From: Candidatus Multivoradales bacterium
GTDB lineage: Bacteria; Acidobacteriota; Thermoanaerobaculia; Multivoradales; Multivoraceae
Length of the DNA: 64,000 bases
Assembly (NCBI GenBank): GCA_965223325.1
Contig: CBDCWI010000002.1
Location: 480,001-544,000 of the forward strand
Direction: 5' to 3'
The notes below the pieces were generated by a model that was not told the origin of the DNA, did no database searches, and was given only the letters and a program-made list of their open reading frames with translations. Position 1 is the first letter of the stretch, and every line of letters begins with the position of its first letter. Made by a program: the position numbers and the translations under genes. Below, one piece after another: positions 28,022-36,837 of the stretch.

Positions 28022-28648
28022 ATGGCCAAGTCTGACCGGGAAGCCTTTCTGGATCCCCTTTTCAATGACAACCCGATCGCCCTTCAGGTGCTTGGTATCT
28101 GTAGCGCGCTGGCGGTGACCACCAAGCTCGAGACGGCGACCGTCATGTGCCTGGCGGTGATCTTCGTTCTCATCATGTCGAATCTTTCGATCAGCATCCT
28201 GCGCGATCACATTCCGAACTCGATACGGATCGTCGTACAACTTGTCGTCATTGCCTCGCTGGTCATCGTCGTCGACCAGTTCTTGAAGGCATTTCTCTAC
28301 GAGACCAGCAAGCAGCTCTCCGTGTTCGTTGGTTTGATCATCACCAACTGCATCATCATGGGCCGCGCCGAGGCCTTTGCGATGCAGAACGGCCCCCGCC
28401 TGTCGCTCATGGACGCGATTGGCAACGGCATCGGCTACAGCCTGATCCTCTTGATCACCGCGTTTCTGCGCGAACTGTTCGGTTCCGGAAAGCTGTTTGG
28501 CACAAACGTCATGACCCCGGTGAACGAGGGCGGTTGGTACGAGCCCAATGGCGTGATGCTGCTCTCACCGAGTGCCTTCTTCATTATCGGCGGACTGATC
28601 TGGTTGCTGCGAACGTGGAAGCCAGAACAGATCGAGGAGGAGGGTTAA
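28022..28648 (+). CDS. nqrD: Na+-NQR subunit D
   Basis: [33 protein letters not shown]. Confidence 0.97.
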   Translation: MAKSDREAFLDPLFNDNPIALQVLGICSALAVTTKLETATVMCLAVIFVLIMSNLSISILRDHIPNSIRIVVQLVVIASLVIVVDQFLKAFLYETSKQLSVFVGLIITNCIIMGRAEAFAMQNGPRLSLMDAIGNGIGYSLILLITAFLRELFGSGKLFGTNVMTPVNEGGWYEPNGVMLLSPSAFFIIGGLIWLLRTWKPEQIEEEG

Positions 28649-28650
28649 GG

Positions 28651-29265
28651 ATGGAGCACTATCTGTCTCTCCTGGTCAAAGCCATTTTTGTAGAAAACAT
28701 GGCCCTCACCTTCTTCCTGGGTATGTGTTCATTCCTGGCGGTGTCGAAGAAGGTCGAGACTGCCGTCGGTCTCGGCATGGCGGTCATCTTCGTGCTGACC
28801 GTGACGGTGCCGATGAACTACCTGTTCAAGGCCTACCTGCTCGAAGAAGGGGCGCTGTCGTGGCTTTCGGAGTCGCTCGGTGGCTATGACCTCGAGTTCC
28901 TCTCGCTGCTCTGCTTCATCGGCTCGATTGCCGCCATGGTGCAGCTGGTCGAGATGACGCTGGACCGCTTCTTCCCAGCGCTCTACAACACCCTGGGCAT
29001 CTTCCTGCCGTTGATCGCGGTCAACTGCGCCATCCTCGGCGGTTCGTTGTTCATGGTCGAGCGCGACTACAACCTGGCCGAGTCGGCGGTGTTCGGCCTC
29101 GGAGCCGGCATTGGCTGGTTCCTGGCGATCGTTGCCCTGGCTTCGATTCGCGAGCGCATGCGCTACAGCAACGTGCCCAAGAGCCTGCGGGGCCTCGGCA
29201 TCACCTTCATTCTCACCGGCCTGATGGCCTTCGGCTTCCTGGCCTTTGGCGGGATCCAGCTGTGA
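28651..29265 (+). CDS. nqrE: Na+-NQR subunit E
   Basis: [35 protein letters not shown]; start at ATG 28651 after AAGG. Confidence 0.97.
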   Translation: MEHYLSLLVKAIFVENMALTFFLGMCSFLAVSKKVETAVGLGMAVIFVLTVTVPMNYLFKAYLLEEGALSWLSESLGGYDLEFLSLLCFIGSIAAMVQLVEMTLDRFFPALYNTLGIFLPLIAVNCAILGGSLFMVERDYNLAESAVFGLGAGIGWFLAIVALASIRERMRYSNVPKSLRGLGITFILTGLMAFGFLAFGGIQL

Positions 29266-29321
29266 GCCCCGTTCTTGCGCCGGCCACTCCTACTTCGAAC
29301 CTGACCCTGGAACGTTAGATC

Positions 29322-30545
29322 ATGGGAACAGTCACCCTCGGCGTCATCATGTTCACGGCCGTCATTCTCGGCTTGGTGTCGATCCTGATGTTTGCCAAGA
29401 GCAAGCTGGTCGCCAGTGGTGAGGTTTCGATCCTCATCAACGAAGACCCGGCCAACACCATCAAGACCGCGGCCGGCAGCACACTGCTCAACACCCTGGC
29501 CGACAACAAGATCTTCATTCCCTCGGCCTGCGGCGGCCAGGGCACCTGTGGGGTTTGCAAGGTCAACGTCCTGGAAGGCGGTGGTTCGATGCTGCCCACC
29601 GAGAAGGGCCACATCTCGCGTGGCGAGGCCCGTGAAGGCTGCCGTCTGTCGTGCCAGGTCAAAGTCAAGCAGGACATGGAGATCGAGATCGAGCCCGAGA
29701 TCTTCGGCGTCAAGCGGTGGACGTGCAAGGTGCGCTCGAACGACAACGTCGCCACCTTCATCAAGGAGTTGGTGCTCGAGCTACCCGAAGGTGAAGCGGT
29801 ACCGTTCCGCGCCGGCGGTTACATCCAGATCGAGTGCCCGCCCCACGTCGCGGCCTACAAAGACTTCGACATTCAGGAGGAGTACCGCGGCGACTGGGAC
29901 AAGTTCGACATGTGGCGCTTCGTCTCCAAGGTCGACGAGGTCGTCAACCGCGCGTACTCGATGGCCAACTATCCGGAAGAGGCGGGCATCATCATGCTCA
30001 ACGTGCGTGTCGCCTCCCCCCCACCGCGTCAGCCCGACGTGCCGCCGGGGCAGATGTCGTCGTACATCTTCAACCTCAAGCCGGGTGACGAGGTCGTCAT
30101 CTCGGGGCCGTTCGGCGAGTTCTTCGCCCGCGACACCAACGCCGAGATGTGCTTCATTGGCGGCGGCGCCGGTATGGCTCCGATGCGTTCGCACATCTTC
30201 GACCAGTTCAAGCGTTTGCACACCGATCGCAAGGTCACCTTCTGGTACGGCGCGCGCTCCTATCGCGAAGCCTTCTACGTCGACCACTTCGACGGGATTG
30301 CTGAAGAGAACGACAACTTCGACTGGTACCTCGCCCTCTCGGACCCACTCGAAGAAGACAACTGGGACGGCCTCACCGGCTTCATCCACCAGGTCACCCT
30401 CGATGAGTACCTCAGCAAGCATCCCGCGCCCGAGGACATCGAGTACTACCTGTGCGGACCACCGATGATGTTGCAGGCGTGCATGAAAATGCTCGATGAT
30501 CTCGGGGTCGAGCCCGAGAACGTGATGTTCGACGACTTCGGGTAG
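29322..30545 (+). CDS. nqrF: Na+-NQR subunit F
   Basis: [10 protein letters not shown] and RLSCQ [2Fe-2S] ligands, [22 protein letters not shown]-terminal DDFG. Confidence 0.98.
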   Translation: MGTVTLGVIMFTAVILGLVSILMFAKSKLVASGEVSILINEDPANTIKTAAGSTLLNTLADNKIFIPSACGGQGTCGVCKVNVLEGGGSMLPTEKGHISRGEAREGCRLSCQVKVKQDMEIEIEPEIFGVKRWTCKVRSNDNVATFIKELVLELPEGEAVPFRAGGYIQIECPPHVAAYKDFDIQEEYRGDWDKFDMWRFVSKVDEVVNRAYSMANYPEEAGIIMLNVRVASPPPRQPDVPPGQMSSYIFNLKPGDEVVISGPFGEFFARDTNAEMCFIGGGAGMAPMRSHIFDQFKRLHTDRKVTFWYGARSYREAFYVDHFDGIAEENDNFDWYLALSDPLEEDNWDGLTGFIHQVTLDEYLSKHPAPEDIEYYLCGPPMMLQACMKMLDDLGVEPENVMFDDFG

Positions 30546-30655
30546 GGATCGATGTGGTTTTTCGGCCACTTTCAGGTTTTCTGGCAGCGATTCGCTGTGT
30601 ACTACCGGAGCGTCTGCGAACGGCCAGCAACACGTCGTTACCACATCGATCCCTA
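30543..30655. mobile_element. MITE-like palindromic element (~109 bp) flanked by TA, overlapping the nqrF stop codon
   Basis: GTAGGGATCGATGTGGT (30542-30558) is the exact reverse complement of ACCACATCGATCCCTAC (30640-30656); the interior is an imperfect palindrome centred on CAGCGA-T-TCGCTG; no ORF. Confidence 0.55.
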
Positions 30656-30982
30656 CTGGTCTTCTCCCCCCTTGGGTCCCCCGGAGGGGGAAAAAGGCGC
30701 AGGCGGTCCACGGCGCGGGCCGTCTTCAACGGCATCCGCCCTGCACATGCAACCGGGTTCTGCACCACGTCTTGCGCGCGCCTTATCACTTCGCCGCCAC
30801 CGGAGCTCTAGGAAGACCGGAGGAGAGAAAGGCGACGCCGCCGTTTTCGGCCACTTTCAGGTTCTCTGGCAGCGATTCGCTGTACTACCGGAGCTTCTGC
30901 AAACGGCTAGCAACACGTCGTTACCACACCGATCCCTACTGGTCTTCTCCCCCCTTGGGTCCCCCGGAGGGGAAAAAAGGCG

Positions 30983-32892
30983 ATCGCGGTAGGAGCGCCG
31001 GTTGCCCGGCGCCCCCCGCACAGATCCCAGCGTGCACTGCTAATGCACTGGGCTCCTGCCTCAGGTATTGACGACAAGTCGCTCATCAGGCCAGGGATGT
31101 TGGACTCGGGCTTTGGGTAGGTAGTGGGCCACCAGGGCCCACATCCGTTTCCAGGACGTGCGGTCTTTGTCACTGCGTCGGCGCAGAGCGCGCATCCAGT
31201 GCCGAATGACCTCCTGTCGAAAGGCGTTCAACGCCGCTGAGTTGCCGGGTACGCCGTAGTAGGCATTGAAGCCTCGCACCACGGATCCCAGCCAGAGACC
31301 TTGCTCTGGTAGCGGCGAGTGTCGGTGTCCCAGAAGGGCCGTACCGACAGCCTTCAGTGTCCTGCGGATTCGGTGGCGGCTCGTGATGCGCTTCAGCAAG
31401 AACCTCCCTCGACTAGACTGCGCACAGCAGTGCGTAAAGCCTAGAAACTCGAAGGTCTCCGGCCGCCCGAGACCTCGCGCGCGTCGGTTGTAGGCCGCAA
31501 AGCGGCCAAACTCCAGCAGGCGCGTCTTCTCGGGTTGGATCTCCAACGAGAAGTCACGGAGTCGCAGGTTCAGTTCCTCGAGGAATCGTTCTGCCTCCTC
31601 CTGCCTCTCAAATCCAACGATGAAGTCATCCGCGTAGCGCACGAAGATCATGTCCCCAAGCGCGTTGCGTTTCCTCCACTGCTGGACCCAGAGATCGAGC
31701 ACGTAGTGCAGGTACACGTTCCCGAGGAGAGGCGAAATCGTCGCCCCCTGAGGAGTCCCCCGCGTGCTCGCGTGCCACTTACCGTCTTCCATCACTCCGG
31801 ACCTCAGCCATTTCTGGATGAGGCGAAGGATCCTACGGTCTCCGATACGGTGCTCGAGAAACTTCACCAGCCACTCGTGGTCCAGGGCATCGAAGAACCC
31901 ACGAATGTCTGCGTCGAGCACCCAGTTCACCTTCCGCTTTGTGATTCCAACGAATAGCGCATCCAAAGCATCGTGCTGGCTGCGGCCTCGCCTGAATCCG
32001 TATGAGTACCCGAGAAAGTCTTCCTCGTAGATCGCATCCAACACCGAGACGACGGCGCGCTGAAGGATCTTGTCCTCCAACGTGGCGATGCCAAGCGGTC
32101 GGAACCGCCCATCCGATTTCTCGATGTAGACGCGACGAGTCGCACTCGCCCGGTAGCTCCCACGGTGGACACGAGAGTGCAGGTCCTCGAGATTGCTCAG
32201 CAAAGATTCTGCGTACTCGCTCCATGACACTCCGTCCACTCCTGCCGCTGCGTCTCGGTGCAACACGTCAAATGCGCTCCGGAGTCGCTCGACCGTGATG
32301 TGGTGAAGAAGCGCTGTGAACTTCACTTCCTTGCCCCTGCGGGCGGCTTCTCGTACACGGCCCAGCGCATTGCTCGCACTCTCCATCCGGCTCTGTGTCC
32401 GGGGTGCGTTTTGCTTGCCCGTGTTCCCCTTGGCCAGGCCCCTTCCCTCCACCGCCTCCGCCGCTGGTCTCCCACCGTTGTTCGACGACTTCGCAGGTAC
32501 TACGGGCCTGTCTGACTTCCGCCATCCGTGCGTCATCGGCTTACGGCCTCTAGCCTTCCCGATGCGGACCAGATACCCAACTGGCCAGATCGCGGATCTC
32601 CCGGTTCTCGCGCATGGAGATTCCACACATGCACAGGGTCTACGACCGCGGGGAGTCGCCGCAGAGCTCGCGATAGCGCGCTACGGAGTCTCGCCTTCCG
32701 CTTCGCTTGACAGCGTCGGCACTCCCAAATTCTTATTTCGCGGCTCAATACCCGGCCTGTGTGTGCCCCTGTCAACGCTTCACCGCACCCTCGCGGGAGC
32801 CGGCGCATGACTCGGGGACCCTCTGGGTCGCTACCCCTTCGAGGGTGGGACTCTCTCATTCCTTTCTCCATGCCGGTTTATCCCGGCGTATC
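30983..32892 (-). mobile_element. Group II intron (IIB-like, probably bacterial class E-like), 1,910 nt
   Basis: Domain V GAGCCCAGTGCA...GCACGCTGGGATC (~31023-31055) and domain VI with bulged A ending CCTACCGCGAT; 5' region GATACGCCGGGATAAACCGGC; removing it restores the repeat unit (AAAAAGGCG|CAAGCGG) with no duplication. Confidence 0.93.
31061..32536 (-). CDS. ltrA: Group II intron reverse transcriptase/maturase, no endonuclease domain
   Basis: AAGVDG, RPLGI..LED, SYGFR, DADIRGFFD, GTPQG..ISPLL, RYADD, FEFLGF, thumb domain GFNAYY; start MTHGWRKSDRPVVP. Confidence 0.95.
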   Translation of the reverse strand: MTHGWRKSDRPVVPAKSSNNGGRPAAEAVEGRGLAKGNTGKQNAPRTQSRMESASNALGRVREAARRGKEVKFTALLHHITVERLRSAFDVLHRDAAAGVDGVSWSEYAESLLSNLEDLHSRVHRGSYRASATRRVYIEKSDGRFRPLGIATLEDKILQRAVVSVLDAIYEEDFLGYSYGFRRGRSQHDALDALFVGITKRKVNWVLDADIRGFFDALDHEWLVKFLEHRIGDRRILRLIQKWLRSGVMEDGKWHASTRGTPQGATISPLLGNVYLHYVLDLWVQQWRKRNALGDMIFVRYADDFIVGFERQEEAERFLEELNLRLRDFSLEIQPEKTRLLEFGRFAAYNRRARGLGRPETFEFLGFTHCCAQSSRGRFLLKRITSRHRIRRTLKAVGTALLGHRHSPLPEQGLWLGSVVRGFNAYYGVPGNSAALNAFRQEVIRHWMRALRRRSDKDRTSWKRMWALVAHYLPKARVQHPWPDERLVVNT

Positions 32893-33632
32893 CAAGCGGT
32901 CCACGGCGCGGGCCGTCTTCAACGGCATCCGCCCTGCACATGCAACCGGGTTCTGCACCACGTCTTGCGCGCGCCTTCTCACTTCGCCGCCACCGGAGCT
33001 CTAGGAAGACCGGAGGAGAGAAAGGCGACGCCGCCGTTTTCGGCCACTTTCAGGTTTTCTGGCAGCGATTCGCTGTACTACCGGAGCGTCTGCGAACGGC
33101 CAGCAACACGTCGTTACCACATCGATCCCTACTGGTCTTCTCCCCCCTTGGGTCCCCCGGAGGGGGAAAAAGGCGCAAGCGGTCCACGGCGCGGGCCGTC
33201 TTCAACGGCATCCGCCCTGCACATGCGACCGGGTACTGCACCACGTCTTGCGCGCGCCTTCTCACTTCGCCGCCACCGGAGCTCTGGGAAGACCGGAGGA
33301 GAGAAAGGCGACGCGGCCGTTTTCGGCCACTTTCAGGTTTTCTGGCAGCGATTCGCTGTACTACCGGAGCGTCTGCGAACGGCCAGCAACACGTCGTTAC
33401 CACATCGATCCCTACCGGTCTTCTCCCCCCTTGGGTCCGTACACAGGTCCGCCGGAGGGGGAAAGAGGCGCAGGCGGTCTAGTTCGCGGGCCGTCTTCTC
33501 CGACACCCGCCCTGCACTTCGCGACCGACCACTTCGCCACCCCAGGCGTGCGGCGTCTCACGCCCACGACACAGAATCTCTGAGACGGTTCTCCGCGCGA
33601 GCTGGGGCGGCAGACCGTTATAGAATCGAGCC

Positions 33633-33863
33633 ATGCCAAGACTGTACAAACAAGACACCGGCGAGACGCTCGGTGAGCTCACCCAGGCCCAGCTTCAGTT
33701 CCTCATCGACCAGCTCGAAGAAGAAAGCGAAGACGACCAGGACTACTACATCAACCGCCCGATGCTCGAGATTCTCGCCGAAGGGGGATGCGATCCGGCA
33801 CTCCTCGAAATGCTCACCAGGGCGCTCGGTGAGGCAGCCGGCGTGGATGTCGCCTGGGAGTAG
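33633..33863 (+). CDS. Small acidic hypothetical protein (76 aa)
   Basis: Strong GC3 codon bias, LQFLIDQLEEESEDDQDYYIN motif, TAGAAT 6 nt upstream of the ATG. Confidence 0.75.
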   Translation: MPRLYKQDTGETLGELTQAQLQFLIDQLEEESEDDQDYYINRPMLEILAEGGCDPALLEMLTRALGEAAGVDVAWE

Positions 33864-34153
33864 ATTCCCCTGACCTCGACTGAGCGCCGCCCAACCTGCC
33901 GAACGCCAGCAGCGGGACCGGTCGCTTCCGAGCCTCATAGGGCTTCGCGCACGGACTGCGTCAGGCATCCCGATTGACCTACTGAGTTGGCGATTCGTGC
34001 TGGCCTATAGTTTTGCCAGTTTTTGTAGCTAAATAGTGCTATGCTGCAGTTCCGCTGGGCCGACCCTCGTTGGCTCCCGGATCCCCTCCTTCTCAGGCGT
34101 CGCGCAAGCCGACGCTCCCTCCTCTCTTTACCGCACTGAGGGCACTCCTTCTC

Positions 34154-34552
34154 ATGTCTCGCAGCAACGGATCCAAAGCAGCCAAAGCCCCCGAGCCCAG
34201 TCAACTCGAAGCGGTCCGCGACCTTCTCTTCGGAGAAACGGCGCGCAGTATCGAAGATCGGCTCGAAGACGTCTCGGGCGACTTCAAAGCCCGCATCGCA
34301 GCACTCGAGGAACGCCTTGTTTCGGCGATCGAACGCGAGCAGGAAGCGCGCGAGGCGGACGTTTCGGACCTCCGGCGCGAGCTCGCGGCCCAGAAGAAGG
34401 ACTGGAACGCCCAGCTGAAGCAGGTGGTCAAGCAGTTCGAAATCGAGGTCACTGAGCTCGATCAGAAGAAGGCCAACCGCCACGCGGTGGCCGACGCTCT
34501 CGAACAGGTTGCCACCTCGCTGCGAGGTAAGCCTGCGAGCAAGAAGGCCTGA
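34154..34552 (+). CDS. Coiled-coil protein, first gene of the small-GTPase module
   Basis: LEAVRDLLFG N-terminal motif followed by heptad-rich helix; AT-rich region with extended -10 (TGCTATGCT, ~34037) upstream. Confidence 0.75.
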   Translation: MSRSNGSKAAKAPEPSQLEAVRDLLFGETARSIEDRLEDVSGDFKARIAALEERLVSAIEREQEAREADVSDLRRELAAQKKDWNAQLKQVVKQFEIEVTELDQKKANRHAVADALEQVATSLRGKPASKKA

Positions 34553-34567
34553 TCGGCTCCAGGACCA

Positions 34568-36322
34568 GTGCTTCAGGAGTCGCCAGCTCGGTCACACGAC
34601 CCGGCCGAACCCTCGCTCGAAGACGACCAGCAGGTTCTCGATCGTGTCAGGCACCTGCTGGTCGGCCTGGATCCCACTGAGCTCGACTCCCTGCGCCAGA
34701 CGGTCGAGGACCCCCTCGCCTTCCGCCGGCATCTCGCCCAGCACCTGGCGGGTGCCCTGGGCGACCTCCCCGACGATCGCGAGTTCACCGAGGCGGCCTT
34801 CGGGCTCTTGCACGAGAAGCTCTGGGATGAGATCGAGGAGAATCCCGATCGCCTCGGCGAGGTCGTGGGACCGGCACTCGGCCCAGCGATTGCCAAGGCC
34901 GTCCGGCTGACGGTCGATGGTTTCATCGAACGCGTAGACCAGGTCGTGCAAACGGGCCTTTCCCCGCGCGCCCTCGGCTGGCGAATCGAAGCCTGGCGCA
35001 CCGGCACTCCCTTCGCCGACATCGTGATCCGCAAGACCATGCGCTCCAAGGTCGAGCAGGTGCTCATCATCCACCGCGAGACCGGGCTCCTCCTACAGTC
35101 GATCGGTGAGGCAGACGCAGACCCCAGCCTGGTCTCTGGAATGTTGACCGCACTCAGGGACTTCGCCGCGGACGCCTTTGATACCCAGGAGAGCGACGGG
35201 CTCGACCGCATGCGAGTCGGTGACTTCACGCTATGGATCGAAGACGGAAAGCACGCCGTCATCGCCGCCGCCCTGCGCGGCGAGCCGCAGGTCGCTCTGC
35301 GCGAGGCCATGCGCTCTGCTCTCGCCGCGTTCGAAACCCAACACCGCGCCGCGCTGGTCAACTTCGACGGTGACACAGCCCCCTTCGAAAGCGCCTTCCC
35401 GGCCGCCACCGCCCTCCTTGGCGTGCACGGCGCAGTGAAAGACACAGAGCACCGAGGGACGCGTCGCATGGTCGCGGCGGTCCTGGTGCTCTTGACCGCG
35501 CTGATCGTCATCGCTGCCTTCTTCAACCATCGAGCCAAAGCGCGCTTTCTCGCCGCCGCCGAGCGGCTGGCTGCCACCCCTGGCATCGTCGTCACGGCTG
35601 CTGACTGGGATCGACGCACGATCGAAGGGCTGCGCGACCCGAGCGCCCTCGAGCCTCGGACGCTCCTCGGCGACGCGGAAGAGGGCGACGAGCCGAAGCT
35701 TTCTTTCTCACCATATTTCTCGCTCGAGCCCGAACTGCTTCTCAGGCGCGCAAAGCGCGTCCTCGCACCACCGGCAACCATCGAGCTGAGCTGGGCCGAC
35801 GAGAAGACCTTGCGCGTCCGTGGGACGGCAGACGCCGAGTTCGGGCGCCGACTGAGCGAAGAGACCGCTGCGCTGTTCGCTGGGCTCGGTGACCCAGTGA
35901 CCCTCGATCGCTCAGAGCTCGTCATCGCAGAAGAGCGAGATCTCGCGGATGCCGTCGCGGCGCTACCTTCGCTATCGATCGGTTTCGTCTTCGGAACTCT
36001 CGAGCCGCTCACCGAGCACAACCTCGACGCGCTCGATCGTAGTCTCTCCCGTATTCAGGAGCTCGCGCGCGGCATCTACGGTCGGCCCGGCGCCCTGCGG
36101 GCCATTGGCCTCGCCGCCTGGGAGGTTCAGGATCTGGACCAACCGCTATCCGCCGAGCGTTTCGAGTGGATTCGTTCCCGGGTCGACACACAGCTTCCGG
36201 AAGCGATCTTCGAGATCCGCGAAGACGGTCTCCCGCCCTCTGCCATTGCCTGTACCACCGACTGTGAACCCACACCCGGCATCCTCTTCGAGTGGCATCC
36301 GCCGCCCTCGGAACCCCAATGA
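34568..36322 (+). CDS. Membrane protein: cytoplasmic helical and longin/roadblock-like domains, one TM, periplasmic BON-like and degenerate OmpA-like domains
   Basis: VEQVLIIHRETGLLL...LVSGMLTALRDFAADAF...IEDGKHAVIAAALRG; TM MVAAVLVLLTALIVIAAFF; PGIVV...IEGLRDP; LAPP...LRVRGTA; OmpA-like tail without GHTD/LS..RA. Confidence 0.65.
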   Translation: MLQESPARSHDPAEPSLEDDQQVLDRVRHLLVGLDPTELDSLRQTVEDPLAFRRHLAQHLAGALGDLPDDREFTEAAFGLLHEKLWDEIEENPDRLGEVVGPALGPAIAKAVRLTVDGFIERVDQVVQTGLSPRALGWRIEAWRTGTPFADIVIRKTMRSKVEQVLIIHRETGLLLQSIGEADADPSLVSGMLTALRDFAADAFDTQESDGLDRMRVGDFTLWIEDGKHAVIAAALRGEPQVALREAMRSALAAFETQHRAALVNFDGDTAPFESAFPAATALLGVHGAVKDTEHRGTRRMVAAVLVLLTALIVIAAFFNHRAKARFLAAAERLAATPGIVVTAADWDRRTIEGLRDPSALEPRTLLGDAEEGDEPKLSFSPYFSLEPELLLRRAKRVLAPPATIELSWADEKTLRVRGTADAEFGRRLSEETAALFAGLGDPVTLDRSELVIAEERDLADAVAALPSLSIGFVFGTLEPLTEHNLDALDRSLSRIQELARGIYGRPGALRAIGLAAWEVQDLDQPLSAERFEWIRSRVDTQLPEAIFEIREDGLPPSAIACTTDCEPTPGILFEWHPPPSEPQ

Positions 36323-36837
36323 CCGCAGTCAAACGACACAAGGTGGTGATGATTGGGGTCCCCGCGGTGGGCAAGACCTCGCTCGTGCGCCGCTTCGTCG
36401 AGGGCACCTTCTCGGAACGCTACCAGTCGACGATTGGCGTGCGCATCGATAAACGTGTCGTTGAGCGACCCGAGGGAACCCACGAGCTGGTCATCTGGGA
36501 TCTCTTCGGCCCCGACGAGTTCGCCGGTATTCGGCCGAGCCACCTGCGCGGGGTATCGGGTTACCTGCTGGTCGCCGACGGCACGCAACCTTCAACGCTG
36601 CGCCGTGCCCTCGAACTGCAAAGCTGGGTGCATCTCGAGACCGACGGAGTGCCGTTTGTTCTTCTGCTCAACAAGGCCGATCTGGTCGACGACTGGGCGG
36701 TCGACGACTCCTTCGCACACTCGCTGGCAGAACTCACCTGCGAAACCATCAAAACCAGCGCAAAGACCGGCGAAGGTGTGGCGGAATCGTTCGATGCTCT
36801 GGTCCAACTGATGGGCGCGGTGAGACAGGCGTCGTGA
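36319..36837 (+). CDS. Rab/Ras-like small GTPase (Rup-type)
   Basis: G1 GVPAVGKT, G2 STIG, G3 WDLFG, G4 NKAD, G5 SAK; ATGA overlap upstream and GTGA overlap downstream. Confidence 0.92.
   Translation: MTAVKRHKVVMIGVPAVGKTSLVRRFVEGTFSERYQSTIGVRIDKRVVERPEGTHELVIWDLFGPDEFAGIRPSHLRGVSGYLLVADGTQPSTLRRALELQSWVHLETDGVPFVLLLNKADLVDDWAVDDSFAHSLAELTCETIKTSAKTGEGVAESFDALVQLMGAVRQAS

Larger units (their letters stand above)
30559..33540. repeat. Non-coding tandem array, ~283-bp unit x ~3.7, unit 2 interrupted by a group II intron
   Basis: Anchor TTCGGCCACTTTCAGG at 30561, 30846, 33039 and 33322; spacings are 285, 283+1910 and 283; unit 4 is degenerate. Confidence 0.95.

Noticed and set aside
31061-32626. 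RT as part of a DGR, retron or defence system, with the repeats as TR/VR
   Set aside because: Clear group II domains V/VI, EBS1 and maturase thumb; unit differences are not adenine-specific and no target ORF is present
30559-33540. CRISPR array or RT-Cas system
   Set aside because: Units are 283 bp, near-identical throughout, with no unique spacers and no cas genes in the window
30552-33873. ORFs within the array (e.g. 30552-30992, 32707-33873, 32940-33482)
   Set aside because: The same peptides appear in rotating frames because the unit length is not a multiple of 3; no codon bias
36319-36837. MglA or Roc-COR protein
   Set aside because: Lacks MglA-type G1/G3 sequences (GPGLCGKT, TVPGQ) and has no LRR or COR domain
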